Assembly (NCBI RefSeq): GCF_009914755.1
Contig: NC_060936.1
Direction: 5' to 3' (one strand)
DNA length: 64,000 nt
Source: the human T2T-CHM13v2.0 reference genome, Homo sapiens
Of this stretch, positions 32,111-44,899 are shown in pieces. A program made the position numbers and the translations under genes. Numbering within the stretch: position 1 is the stretch's first letter; each line of letters begins with the position of its first letter. The notes beneath the pieces were generated by a model. It was not told the origin of the DNA. It did not search any database and was given only the letters and a program-made list of their open reading frames with translations.

Positions 32111-34465
32111 GTTGGAGATTTTATTCCTTTTCCTTTCCCTTCCCTAATACAGTGATCCAGGCCTCCATATAAAATTTCTCTCCTTGTAACATGACTCGAG
32201 TGAATCTTCTATTTCTTGGAGCTTTGACACTAACCACCTATTGACCATTCTTAGGGCACAAACTCAATCTATTATGCCTCCCGCATTCCCCGTGGCAAAT
32301 GACTCAGTGTATCTTCAGTGAACATTAAACTGTGAATGTCAGGGAATGAGGTGCCACTAGCAGTAAGCAATGAGAGTGAGTGAGAGGAGATGGTATGTGT
32401 GCATTTCCTGTGGTTATGTCAGCCCTCTTTCCATTCATGGGAAAATGTGCTTCCTCACTCTTCCTTACAAGAGGACCTGGCTTCATTGCTTATTGTGAAT
32501 TATGAGTTATCTTTTCCATCCAAATACACCAGGAATGGAAACCATGGACTTGAGTACATTATATTTCACTTTGCCAACTCTCTCTTGTCTTACTCTCTAC
32601 TATTTGTTTTTGCTCATTTATAAATCACCTTGCACTGTGGTCAGACATTTACTAGAGGCTTTGCTGGAGCCTTTGACAATGGCTATCCTCACTTGACAGG
32701 TGACACTCTGCTGAGAAAAATGCCAGAGGAACTTGAACACATATTCTCACCCTCCTCCCACTTGGCCTCAATCTGGACTTTCTCCTTCTTCCCTTCTGTC
32801 GGCTTCCTGTTCTCTCTTTTCCATTCCATTGCCTTTCCCAATTTCATATTCAAAGATGCTTTGAACACAACAAAAATACTGCCAGAGGTAATTATAATTG
32901 CACAAGAATTTTGTTATATTACATAGATTTCTTCTAGCCTGAATATTTCAAATTGACCTCTGAGAGGTAAAAAGAATGGATGTGATCACAGTTCCCTCCC
33001 TTCCCCCTCTCTCTTCAGTTTCTATTGAGGGGAACATTCTTCCCCTCCCTGTCTGTGCCTATTTTTATTCCCTGTCCCCTGCACCCTTATTTAAACCTAA
33101 AATATTGATGAGCTCCACCTTAAGCTCAGCATTTATTAGGAGCGCTACAGCTCAGTTCAGTGCAGGTGGGTGCAAATCCACAGGGTTCCTGAGAGGCCAG
33201 AGGCAGTGAGGTGCGGAGGATCATATAGTGAGGACAGATGACACTGAGCATTTATATGAACGTCTTGTGTACTTGGGGTAGAGTTACATGGGTGGGAGAG
33301 GGGGCGAATTTGAGAAACGATCTAGGGGAGTCCCCTAAGTCAGCAGGATTCAGTGGCGGTGGGTGTATGGTGTGGAATCCAGGGAAGGTAGGAGGGTACA
33401 GCAGTCAGGGTCGGAACTTGTGTCAGGCTAGCTGCTGGTGTTCAACTGCCAGCTCCAGATCTCACTAGCAGCCTAATCTGGGGCATGGCCCTTAACAGCT
33501 CTGAGCAGTTTCCTATAAAATAGAGGTAATAATAGTTTCTAGTTCACAGGTCTTGGAGAGAAATTAGATTATGCATATAAAAGCATTTAACTCAATGCCG
33601 GGCATATGGAAAGTAATCAATAAGCAGTAGCAATCATTATGTGTTCTCCTTTTTACTGATGTCCGTCGGTAATCAGCAAATTGTAACTATTATTTCTTTA
33701 ACTATCTCTGTGAGAGAGAGTTTATGAAAATGGTGTTTAAAACCAATCATTAACCTTAGGAAAAAAAGTAAAGGCAAGCACAATTTGTTCCATAGATAGT
33801 ATCAATAATTCTGGGCTGATATTCAACTTGATAATCAACTTATTAAGTTTTCTACATTGTTCAAGACATTAACTCGCTTGCTGTTGGTTTGTGTGAGCGA
33901 TGTCTCTGTTGTATGATGTATGTGTATGTGTGTATGTGTGTATGTGTGGGTGGGCATGTACATAGACATACACATATACACACACACAGGATGGTGAGTG
34001 AAATGTTTCCTGTTGCCCTGGGATTGGTAACTGGGGCACAAAGCCTGCCAAGTGTCAGGACCTCTGCAGCAGGAGGCTGGACAGCTGGGAGGTGGTTCAC
34101 AGGTCTGGGAGCTGGAGGACAGACGGGTGGAAAAGGTCGAGCTGGAGGTGAATCCTTTACATCAAAGGGTTGTGCTGCAGGGAGGCTCACAGGTACTCTA
34201 AAGAACTCACATGTGTATCTGAGGAGAGACAGCCCACAATGGAGGCCTGCTGCATGGAGGGTTCCAATGGCCAGTCTGGGTAAACTAGAGATGCAGCCAT
34301 AGTCAGCAGAGAGAGAGAGAGAGAGGATGGACAGTGGCCAGCCACGCAGAGGCATGTGTCCACCATCCCTCCCGTCCCCCACCAACATCACTGGGAGAAT
34401 CAGGATTGGCGGGGTTAGGGTGCAGGAAGTGGCTCAGAGTCAGATCAAAGTCCCGGATTTCAGCT

Positions 34466-34901
34466 TGTTAGGGGTTGAATGTGTCCTCCACAAAATGATA
34501 GATTGGCTTTCTAATCCCCAGTACATCAGAATGTGATCTTATTTGGAAAGAAGGCCTTGTAGAGGGTTAAAATGTGATCATTAGGGTGGGCCCTAATCCA
34601 TTGTGACTGGTGTCCTTATAAAAGGGGGAAATTTGGGAAGAGTCATATACAGAGGGAAGACACGAGAATAGACATCAGGAGAACTTCATATGAAGATTGG
34701 AATTATGCTGCCACAAGCCAAGGGGTGTCTGGGGCCACCAGGAGCTGGCAGAGGCAAGGAAGGATCCTTCCCTACTGCTTTCAGAGGGATCACAGCCCTG
34801 ATTTTGAACTTCTTTTCTCCAGAACTCAGATGATAAATTTTGTTGTCTTAAGCTCCCCAATGTGTTGTACTTTGTTATGGCAGCCTGAGAAGACGAATAC
34901 A
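34466..34901 (+). mobile_element. MLT1B/C solo LTR
   Basis: TG...CA ends; TSD CAGCT/TAGCT; TAGGGTGGGCCCTAATCCA core. Confidence 0.85.
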
Positions 34902-36134
34902 TAGCTCAAAGCTGTGCAGGAGGGAAGAGAGGGAGAAGTGATTTAAGTGCATTACAGATCAAAACTTTAACCTGGGCTGCACTTGAAGAGCTAAGCATGA
35001 CCAGAAAGTTATGGAATCTGCCCAAGATCTTATTGAGCAATGTGCTACGTATTAGGAAAGGGAGGTTCTACAGAACAGAGATGAAAGCCATGACGGAAAA
35101 AAATACAATTATTTTATGCATACACCCCACCAAGTTCAGACTGCTCAATAAACTGGTTACATACAGATTCACACATCCTCTGCCCACCAGATGCTTGGGA
35201 ACTTGGCCAGGATTACTCTCAGGCTGCATGCTGATTACCATGACAACATAGGTAAAACACAGTCCTGTAGCTTCCCCAGTTTATAGACTTGGAGCCAGGG
35301 GTAGTTCTAAATGGTCTAACCGTGAATGTTCTGTGATTAAATCTGATGTTTGACAATGAGCCCTGGGGACCATAAATCACTGAAGTCTGAGAGTGCTCCA
35401 AGGGCAATAACAGAACTCCCTCAGTGAAAGAGCTGCTTTGCAGGCAGCTTAGAGGGAAGAACCCTTTTCATGTCTTGCCTTCACATCTAGATCAGCACCA
35501 GAAGCTGCAGACCCACAAAGATCTCTATCATAGTCAATTCCCAGTGGCCTCTGTCACATTCTTCTGGGGCGATGGGCTTTGTCTTCATTCCCAGGATATC
35601 TCACTGAGCTGCCCAGTCTGCACAGTCCCAAGAGGGTGTTCGCTATGAGCTGATTTTCTGGAGTGAATGGGCACCAAGGATTTCTATCATTTTTCCTCAT
35701 GGACACAGGGAGAGAAGAGTCTTGGCAGGATGGGAAGTCAGTTATGTTCATCCTGCTGGGTCTCAGTAGGGGCTCACTGCTCCAATTAGCACTACCTGTC
35801 TTCCAGGACAAGGAGGGCTGCTCAGCCAGGGCCTACTCAACACAAACTTTCCTTTTCTTCACCTTACAGGGGATGGAATTAGAGTTATTTTCCTGATTCT
35901 CTGATGCACTAGATGGTTCTTGTTGGTCTGCCTTGACATGCCCATCTTTGGTGATTTTGGAGATGGTGGTAGCCTAGAAGAGGTGTTGGAGGAGGAGATG
36001 GCAAGGAATTGTAGGGTGCATGTGGGGGCAGCAGAGACACCAGCCTGGGCTTGCCATGATGCCCTGTGCCCCCAGAAAGAAAGAAGAGGATGGATAGGCT
36101 GAGGGGTCCTAGCAGGAAAAGGGAATTCTCCTAT

Positions 36135-36415
36135 TTATTTTATTATTATTATAGGTTCAGTGGGTAGATGGGCAGGTTTGTTACATGAGTATATTGCATA
36201 ATGATGGGGCCTGGGCTTTCAGTGAGCCCATTACCAAAAGAGCGAACATAATATCCAATAGGTAGTTTTTCAGCTCAGCCCCATCCCTGCACCTCCACGC
36301 TTTTTGAGTCCACACTGTACATTCTTTTTATCTTTATGTCCATGTGTACCCATTGTTTAGCTCCCACTGATAAGTGAGAACACACAGTGTTTGGTTTTCT
36401 GTTTCTGTGTTAGTC
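36135..36415 (-). mobile_element. L1PA16/L1PB-type 3' end fragment
   Basis: GCAGGTTTGTTACATG...TTTAGCTCCCACTGATAAGTGAGAAC. Confidence 0.75.
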
Positions 36416-37020
36416 TACCTGTCCCTTAAATGCTGGCATCTCTCAGAGCTTGTTCTTAGCCCTCTGCTGTTCTTTCTTTCTGGACTCTTTCACTCATATC
36501 CTTACTGATGACTTTCAAACCTATATTTCCAGCCAGGAAGTGTGTCTTGAGCTCCAGGCTCAGAAATCCCACTTCTTACTAGAGAGATCACTCCATCTGT
36601 ATGTCATGCGGATACTTTAAATAGAAAACATCTAAAGTGCTCTATTCATTCCCACTCCCCAAAACAGCTCCCTCTCCTCTCTTGCCCCCATAGTCTACCA
36701 GCTGGCAAGACCAGAAATGCAGAAGTCTTTCTTAACTCCATCCTCTACCTAATGCCACATCCAACCAATCACTGAGTCCTAATAACGCCGACATCTACAT
36801 AGACCTCAGCTCCATTCACTTCTGTTTCCCACTGCCTCAATCAAGATGACAGCCATCTATCATTCAATGGGCAGGGATGCAAGATGTGTGGGCTCTCCTG
36901 GCTTACTAGTTTCTTGACACACCTTCACAACATTGTTTAAGTGTATATTCATCATTTATTTAGAGGGAAATTGTAGAAAAGCAACATCCATGGAAGGAGC
37001 AATCAAATTATCTTTTATTG

Positions 37021-37228
37021 CAGAGGTTGGCAAATGAAGGCCGGTGAGCTGACCACCTGTTTTATAAATAAAGTTTTTTTGGAACACGGCCATACCCATT
37101 TGTTCCTGCATTGTACTTGGCTGCTTTCATGCAATAATGGCAGAGTAGAGTAGTTGTGACAAACAGAATCTGGCCTACAAAACCTATTTACTATCTGGCT
37201 CTTTATTTAAAAAGCTTGCTGACCTCTG
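37021..37228. mobile_element. MER58A hAT MITE with 8-bp TSD
   Basis: TIRs CAGAGGTTGGCAAA / TTGCTGACCTCTG; TSD TTTTATTG/TTATATTG. Confidence 0.85.
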
Positions 37229-39001
37229 TTATATTGCCCTGAACAACTCAGCTCTGGCTTTGCACTTGCATCCTTCCTCATTAAATAATTTAGAAATCAT
37301 CTGCTGTAGGTCTACCATGCCCCTTGGTAGAGTTGGCAGGGTGGTTGAGGCAGGAAGGTGTCCCACACAACCACAGTGGCTTATCAAGCATTTTTTCCAA
37401 TCACATGCAATGTTTCTGCTTGGCAACACATCCGGAATATACAATTGTCACCTTCTTGTTCAATTCCATTGATATTTTAGAAATTTAGTAAGAATTCATT
37501 TCCCTTCATAGATGGACACCCCAGGCACTACCCAGCTGCCTCCCCTTAATTTGCTTTTGATGTCATGGACCTCCTGTTGAGTCTTCCTGCCTCAAGTCTT
37601 GCTCCTCTTCAAACCATTCTCTGCAATGCAGATAGGATAATCTTTACCAAATGTATATCTAATCATGCCACTCACCTGATAAGCCACATTGCAGGGTTTA
37701 GAGAACTTGTAGTATGTTCTCAACTCTGCAACAGGGCTCAGCGGGCCTTTAGGATCAGATAAAAAGGGCAACACAGCTTACCTAGCATTTGTTTTCTGGA
37801 TGTAGTCCTGTTTTTGGCCTCATGCCTTGCCCTTCTCCTGCTTTTTTTTGTTTTTCTTTTTTTATGTGACAGCCATATTTCTCCTCTTTCAATTCCCAGA
37901 TGTGCCATGCTCTTTTCCTCTGGGTCTTTGTGAATTATTTTTCTCTATGCAGAACACTTTGTTTTGCACTCTTGCCTTTACCTGGCTAACTTCAGCTCAT
38001 CCTTCATATATCTGTGTAAATATCATTCTCTCAGCTTGGTTCTATCTGTCCTTTAGACAAGATTAATTATTGCCCTTAATCTCTCTGTACTTCCCTTATC
38101 ATAACATCAGTCATTCTTATTGTTATCATTTGTTTAATTATCGGTAAGTTCTATAAAGACAGGGATGACTAGCTTGTATTCCTCAAGCCTATCTGGCAAT
38201 AAGCAGGTACTCAAATAGATATTGAATGGATAAGTGATTGAATGCATGCATGAATGTGTGAATGAGGATTTAAAAGCCTTCCTCTACTGCTCATTATCCC
38301 CCAGTCTCTATATCCAACTGGTAACCAAGTCTGGTTCTAATTTTAATTTTAAAGCATTCTACTTTTCACCAACTCTCATACGCCTTCCTTCTTCTATCTT
38401 ATACCTGGACTATGACAACGATCTTGCATTCAGTATGGTGCTTCATTAAATTTCTATAAGGATATCAGAAATAAATATCTATGTCCTTTCTTTTCTAGCC
38501 CATGGTATAAACATCAAACTCTTTTGCCTGTTTGATCAGTTCCTATAACCCATCTCTTGTCCTTCTGTCCTCATGACCTAGAAATGCTGAATTACCTGTA
38601 GTTCTTCAGAATATACTAGGATGTTTCATACTTTCTAGCTTTCCCTCAATTTTTCTCCATACTTAACACACCCCACTCCATTTTGTGCAGCTGGAGAACT
38701 CTTGTTCACTTTTAAAACTCAGTCCAAAGGCACCTCTTCTGTGGAGCCAGTCTGAACCCTTCTTTCTTTGTGCCCCAGCTGAATAAATGGCTGTAACAGC
38801 ACCAGTATCACTTTTTTTTTTTTGCATGCACTTATTTGTCCTGGCTTTTCTAGTTTTGAGGGTAGAGGCCATATCTGATTCCTGTTTATATCTCCAGCAA
38901 CTAGCCCAGGGCTGGCACTTTTGGCTGAAAAGTGGAATGAATGGAAGTGATCTCTAAAGTTCCTGCTAACTAAAGCATTCCATGCATTAAGAAGCTAGTC
39001 C

Positions 39002-39637
39002 TTGATGAGGCACAGTAGCTTAAACCTATCTGTGAGCACAGCAGCTTACACCTATCTGTGAGCACAGCACTTTGGGAGGCCAAGGCAAGAGGATTACTTA
39101 AGGCCAGGAATTTAAGACCAGTCTAGGCAATATAGCAAGACCCCATCTCTACAAAACATTTTTATTTTTTTTAAATTTAGAATATAATTATACCTTATTG
39201 ATATTTTCTTTTTTTTCCTTTTTTTAAAATTATATTTTAAGTTTTGGGATACATGTGCAGAATGTGCAGGTTTGTTACATAGGTATACACGTGCCATGGT
39301 GGTTTGCTGCACCCATCAACCCTTCATCTACATTAGGTATTTCTCCTAATGCCATCCCTCCCCTTGCCCCCCACCCGCCGACAGGCCCCAGTGTGTGATG
39401 TTCCCCTCCCTGTGCCCGTATGTTCCCATTGTTCAACTCCCATTTATGAGTGAGAACATGCAGTGTCTACAAAATATGTTTTAAAAAATTAGTTGGGCAT
39501 TGTAGCATACGCCTTATAGTCCTAGCTACTTGGAGGCTGAGGCAGGAGGATTGCTTGAGCCCAGTAGTTTTAGGTTGCAGTGAGCTATAATCATGCCAGT
39601 ACACTTCAGCCTGGATGACAGAGGGAGACCCTGTCTC

Positions 39638-39670
<33 letters not shown>
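39002..39670 (+). mobile_element. AluJ split by an antisense L1PA fragment
   Basis: TSD AAGAAGCTAGTCC at 38989-39001 and 39671-39683; left monomer to ~39159, right monomer from ~39480. Confidence 0.9.
39160..39465 (-). mobile_element. 5'-truncated L1PA (about L1PA7) 3' end in the Alu middle A-rich linker
   Basis: L1 3' UTR reverse complement; TSD TCTACAAAA(C/T)AT at 39148 and 39466. Confidence 0.88.
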
Positions 39671-39671
<1 letters not shown>

Positions 39672-42600
39672 AGAAGCTAGTCCAAGATTTTCAGCATGTT
39701 GAACCAGCATCATCCAGGGGGATTTTTTCTAGAAAAATACCTGTGAACTCCCTTTTCCCTTTTGAAAGCCTAGGTCCAAGCTCAGCATATATTGTTATTG
39801 CTAACCCCACAACCTATTTGATGAGACCTCCCTTCCTGTTGAATTTTTGCTAGAGCTTTATCTGGAAGGTAGATGTAATCTTAAGTCTATTTCTATCTTG
39901 GAATAACACATATCTTTTCCTCTTTTCTAATGCCAACCCCCAGGAAGGTGAAGCCAAGTAGTGCAGGGTTTCAGAACAGGCCGAGCAGTGGTTTTTGGTG
40001 AAGGAGGAGACTTCCATGTCATTGGGAGTATTAGGCCAACCATGGCAGAGAGGCAGGGTGAGATGTTAGTAGTGGGCTGGAGGTGGATGGCCCAACAAGG
40101 GTCATGAAGGCCAGTTCTGGAGAGACTGACCTGGCTGTAGGACTGGCTTTGCAAGCAGTCAAATCATGCTATAAGTTCTTGTCCGGCCTGAGATGCTGAG
40201 ATGGCACTTAAAGAGGTTCAATCCCCAAGAACAAGTTACAGTGGCAGGATCCTCCTTTCCTGCTTATGCAAAACACAGGACTGCAGCTAGAAATCAGGGG
40301 CTAAGGTTCAGCCAGCCACCCCTTTCATTTGGAACAAAATATCAAAGTGCCAATCCTGGAACTTTGCCCTGGAGGGCAAACTGGGAATTGGAGCTGGGAC
40401 TAGGCAAGAGTTGTCTTCCCAGAAGCACAGAGGACATTAGGGGTGCTCAGGCACTCACTAAGGGAACATTCAGTTAAGGGCTAAAGGCTAAACATGGACT
40501 CCAATCACTGGTAGAGATAGGGCCCCAAATATTAACAATATTTGTTTCTCAATGGTCAGGGACAGAGTAGATCAGCCTGAGGCTTACCAGTCTTTAGAAT
40601 ATTTATAATCAATATTTAACTTTTAAGATTTTGAAATCCTAAATGTCCACAAGCACATAAATAATCAAGGAAAATACATTTAAATTGGGATGCAATCTCT
40701 GTTTAGACCCATCAAATCAGAATTGGGTAATTTAAACTTCCTTTAAAATAAAATAATGGATGCTGTGGAGGGCACACTTAGGCCTTCTAACACACGGCTG
40801 ATTCTACATTGGTACAACCCTTATGGGAAGTAATTTGAACATTCATATCAAGTTCTTTAAAAAGTTCATTCTTGCAGCTAATATTTGTGGGTGTTTATTC
40901 AGCCCTCATTTTTGCCTTTCTCCCTCCTAATACTGGTTAGGTTTTTATCTGGATATCCATCCTTCTCCAAGAGACCATGTGCATTGGGGCAGTTGACATC
41001 CCAACTAACATGGATGTCTCTGATTGGCTTAGGCAATTAGAACTTTTGAACTTCTGGTCCAAAGTGTTTATTTTGTGGATGGGCACAGACCTATATTCCA
41101 ATCAGGGTGAATCTTAAGACTGTTGTTTGGAAGGCAGAGAGAGAAATGTACACTCTCCCACTAGATGTGCCTGAGGACATCTATAGCCATGATGGTGGCT
41201 GGTGGCCATCCTGATTTGAGTTTGGCTTTTTGCTATTTGCCACCAAAAGCCTGTTCTTCAGCCTTTCACCCAGTTATTTCACTTCTAAGAATATATCCTA
41301 ATGAAATAATCATAATTTCATCCAAAAATTTAAGTATATCATTATTTATAAGAAAGAAAAATGGGAAACAGCCTATATAAATGTCCTTAAATGGATGAAG
41401 ATTAAATAAATTATATTGTACTCATAGGAGGAAATTTTATGAAACCATTACAAATCATGTTTCTGAAGAATATTTAATGACTTTGGAAAATGCCCACAGT
41501 ATAGTGTAAAGTATGAAATGTAAGATGTAAAATTGGATTCACATAATGTGATCCCATTATCTTATTTACATATAGAGAGATTGGAAGGAAATACACCAGA
41601 ATATTAACAGTTGTTTATGGTTCATTTTTATTACTCTCTTTATAGGTTTTGAACATTTAATATTTATAAATGTGCACATATCATGTTCATAATGACAAAA
41701 ATTCCATAAACATTGTCGATATTTTTGTAGTTTTGACCCTTTTCCAGAGACCCCAAAGGGTGATATCATGTTAATTTTTTATTTTGCTGAGGCATATATT
41801 CATGACAGGCCCTGGGAGGCTACTGGGAGGGAACACATTTCTAAACTCTGCCACCCTTCACACACAGGCCAGGCATTTTATGGAGCTCAGCCCTGTAAGG
41901 AAATTAGAGTTAGGTGGAGCTGGGGCAAAATCTGTCACCTGATATAGATGCAAATACTTCTCACCCAAATAAAAGAATTGGTGCCTTACTTCTAGAACCC
42001 AAGCTGCATCTGAAGTTGTATCCACTCTCTCCAGACTCTCTCTGCCCCTCCCCTCCCCATGCTCAGGTCTAGGACTGTTACTGCATTTTGCAGATGGGAG
42101 ACTGCAATGCTCTGGGAAGTGACTCACCCTCAGCCACAGGGGGCTTAATCCCCAAGTTAGCTTATTACTTGGAACTATTTTCCCCCAGGCTGGTGTTGAA
42201 GGCAACCTCCTCTGTCTAAAAGGCCCTGCCGCGGTTTGATTTTTCTTCCAGCACAATCCCAGCAGGAAAAGTTCTAGTACTTGCAGCTTGGAAACAGCAA
42301 GCCCTATTTCTCTATTCTCATTCAAAACAGGTCAAATGAATAGGCAAGATTTCCTTCCTATAAGATTCAGCTCCTTGGGCTTGTGTGTAAGAGGCAAGAT
42401 CTTATCCTCCTCCTCCTCCTCTTCTCTCCTCTTTCTCCCCTTTCCCCTTTTCCCCCCACTCCCTCTGCCCTTCCTCACTTCTTCTCCTCCATCTCCCTTT
42501 TTCAATATCTTTAATGGCTCATGCAGCTTAAAACTTCACTGGCAGTTTTCAGGGTTTTCAAGAGCATTGGATTGCCAGAATGAGATGTGTGCCTTTCCCA

Positions 42601-44289
42601 TGATCCCCATGACTTAGGCATCTAACTGATCCAGTCCTTTCTCACGGTTGGACTTCTGGCTAGGGCACCACTCCATGCTCTTAGCTGTCATCCCCTCAAC
42701 AGGGTATGGTGCATTTGGAGCCTCCTTTCTAGTTTTGACTCCTCCCAGAGCCAGCTTTTTCCAGATGAGGCCAACTTCATCTAAAACCTACAGTGGCATT
42801 AGGCTGAGGATGCTGTTCAGTTCTGGGCCTTTCCCTTTTGGAAATATAATGTATAAAAATGACACACCTGCTTATTCTCCAGCCTGGCAGTTGTCAGGGC
42901 TCCACTGCATGCTTGGAGATGTGCCAAGAGATTATCTCAGCAACCTCATCTCCCTTGATTACTTGAAGTTCTCAGTGTTAGTGGCGATCCTTAATGAGGG
43001 GACACAGTTTAGGTAGGATAAGATAATGGGCCATTTATCTTGCAGGTTCAGAGGGATTTATTTCTGAGATTCGACTCTTCCAGGAGGGAGAGGAGTCCTG
43101 GGGAATAAATAGACCCAGGGTACTGGAACAAGGAGCACATAGCCGTGGAATGCCATTGCAGAGGAAGCCGGACAGAGCCGGAGCCAAGGTCCCCGAGAGC
43201 CAGGATCAAGGCTTGGTTATCTTGGACTTGGTGGCACTAAGCACAGAACTGCTGCAGGGGAGTTAGCCTGATCTAGCCCCCAGCCTACCCTGACTTTTAG
43301 GAGAGGTTGTTGGCAGAGTAAGTGGACAAAGCTGCATGTGTGCATTTCTGAGTCATGTCTTTCAGAATCCACCTTGTAAGTTGAACTCTGCCTGCCTCGT
43401 GGATGCTGTCGGCATATCTCTGACTTCGGCTAAAGTAAATTTCAATTACTTTATCTTTTGGCTCTTGCTGCTTTTTAATCCCTTCCCCCCTGATAAGGCA
43501 CAACCACATCCATGGCTTTTCTCCTGTGTTGGAGGATCTGGTCTCTTTGTGTCAGAGTGATGTGGATCACAGATTGGGGCTAACAGCACATGGTATTTCA
43601 CCTCCTTGCCCAGAGTTCCATGGCCACATGTGCCATATGACTGACTCACACTTTCCCCGAATTACGTAACTGCTGCCTGGAGCCTTGTGATAACCCCCCT
43701 GGGACCTGCTGACAGTGCTGGGACTATTCCTCCTGTGAATGGCTACACACACCCTTGATGCTTGGGTTCTTCCGATCTCAAAGACTGAATAGAACGTTTA
43801 AGGTTCTGAAATCTCCCACTTCCAAGGATTCAACTTGCCAACATTTACTGAGTGCCCATCAGATGCCAGGCTCAGTGCAAGATGTCGTCATTTATTTCAA
43901 CCGACTCTCAACTTGTTCAGTAGGTATTATCATTATCCTGTTTAATAGATGAGGAAACTGAGTATTGGACCACGTAAAGGACTTTCTGAAAAAATCATCT
44001 GGCTAGCAGTGGAGTATAAATTCAAGCTGAGATTGACTTGACTTCAGAACAGTGCATCATGTGTCTTTGTAGGCGTGACTCTGGTCAGTAGCTCCATTTA
44101 CACCGAACAGTCCCATATTTGAACTTTTCTTCCTACGCAATAAGATTTTATACCTCATCTTCCAGTAGATGGAGTCCCAAGAATGTCTGGATGAGAAAAG
44201 CTTTGTGGGGGGAGGGGGGAAGAGGGGGAGGGACACACATCTGATTTCCATCCAGTCTTTCCTTTTCCTCTTGCATCTTGCCTTGTTTT

Positions 44290-44540
44290 CAAAGGAGAAA
44301 AAGGAGTCAGTGTTGTACAGTGATGCAGAACATTTTCTCTGGATTCAAGTTGATGGATTCGAATCCCGGCTCTGTCACTAACTTTGTGACTTTGGGAAAG
44401 ATACTTCTTCTAAGTCTCAGTGTTCTCATCTGTAAAATAGGGATAACAATCATCCCTCACTCATAATTTTGTGATAATGAAATACAATAATGTATGTACA
44501 GAAGTTATTATTTGGTGCATAATGAATGCATACATTGACC
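44290..44540 (+). mobile_element. MIR
   Basis: TTCGAATCCCGGCTCTGTCAC...CTCAGTGTTCTCATCTGTAAAATAGGGATAA. Confidence 0.8.
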
Positions 44541-44899
44541 ATTTATATTACTAATAAATAGCAGCTGGCATGGGTGTGTAAATTGGTGCAACTACTTTGG
44601 AGAGCAACTTGGTGATACCCAGTAAAATTGAAGATGTTCATACCCTGTGGCCCATCAACTCTTCTCCTAGGTATACACATAAGAAACATATACAGAAATG
44701 TTTGTATCGGCATCATTTGTAATCACAAGAAGTTGAAAACTATATATTCATTAATAGAAGAGTGAATAGATAATTATATAGTCATACAAGGAAATACTAT
44801 GCATCAGTGAAAATAAATGAAATAAAGCTGCACAGATGAACATAGATAAATCTCGTGAATATAATTCTGAGGGCAGATAGTGGAAACACAGCTAGGTAC

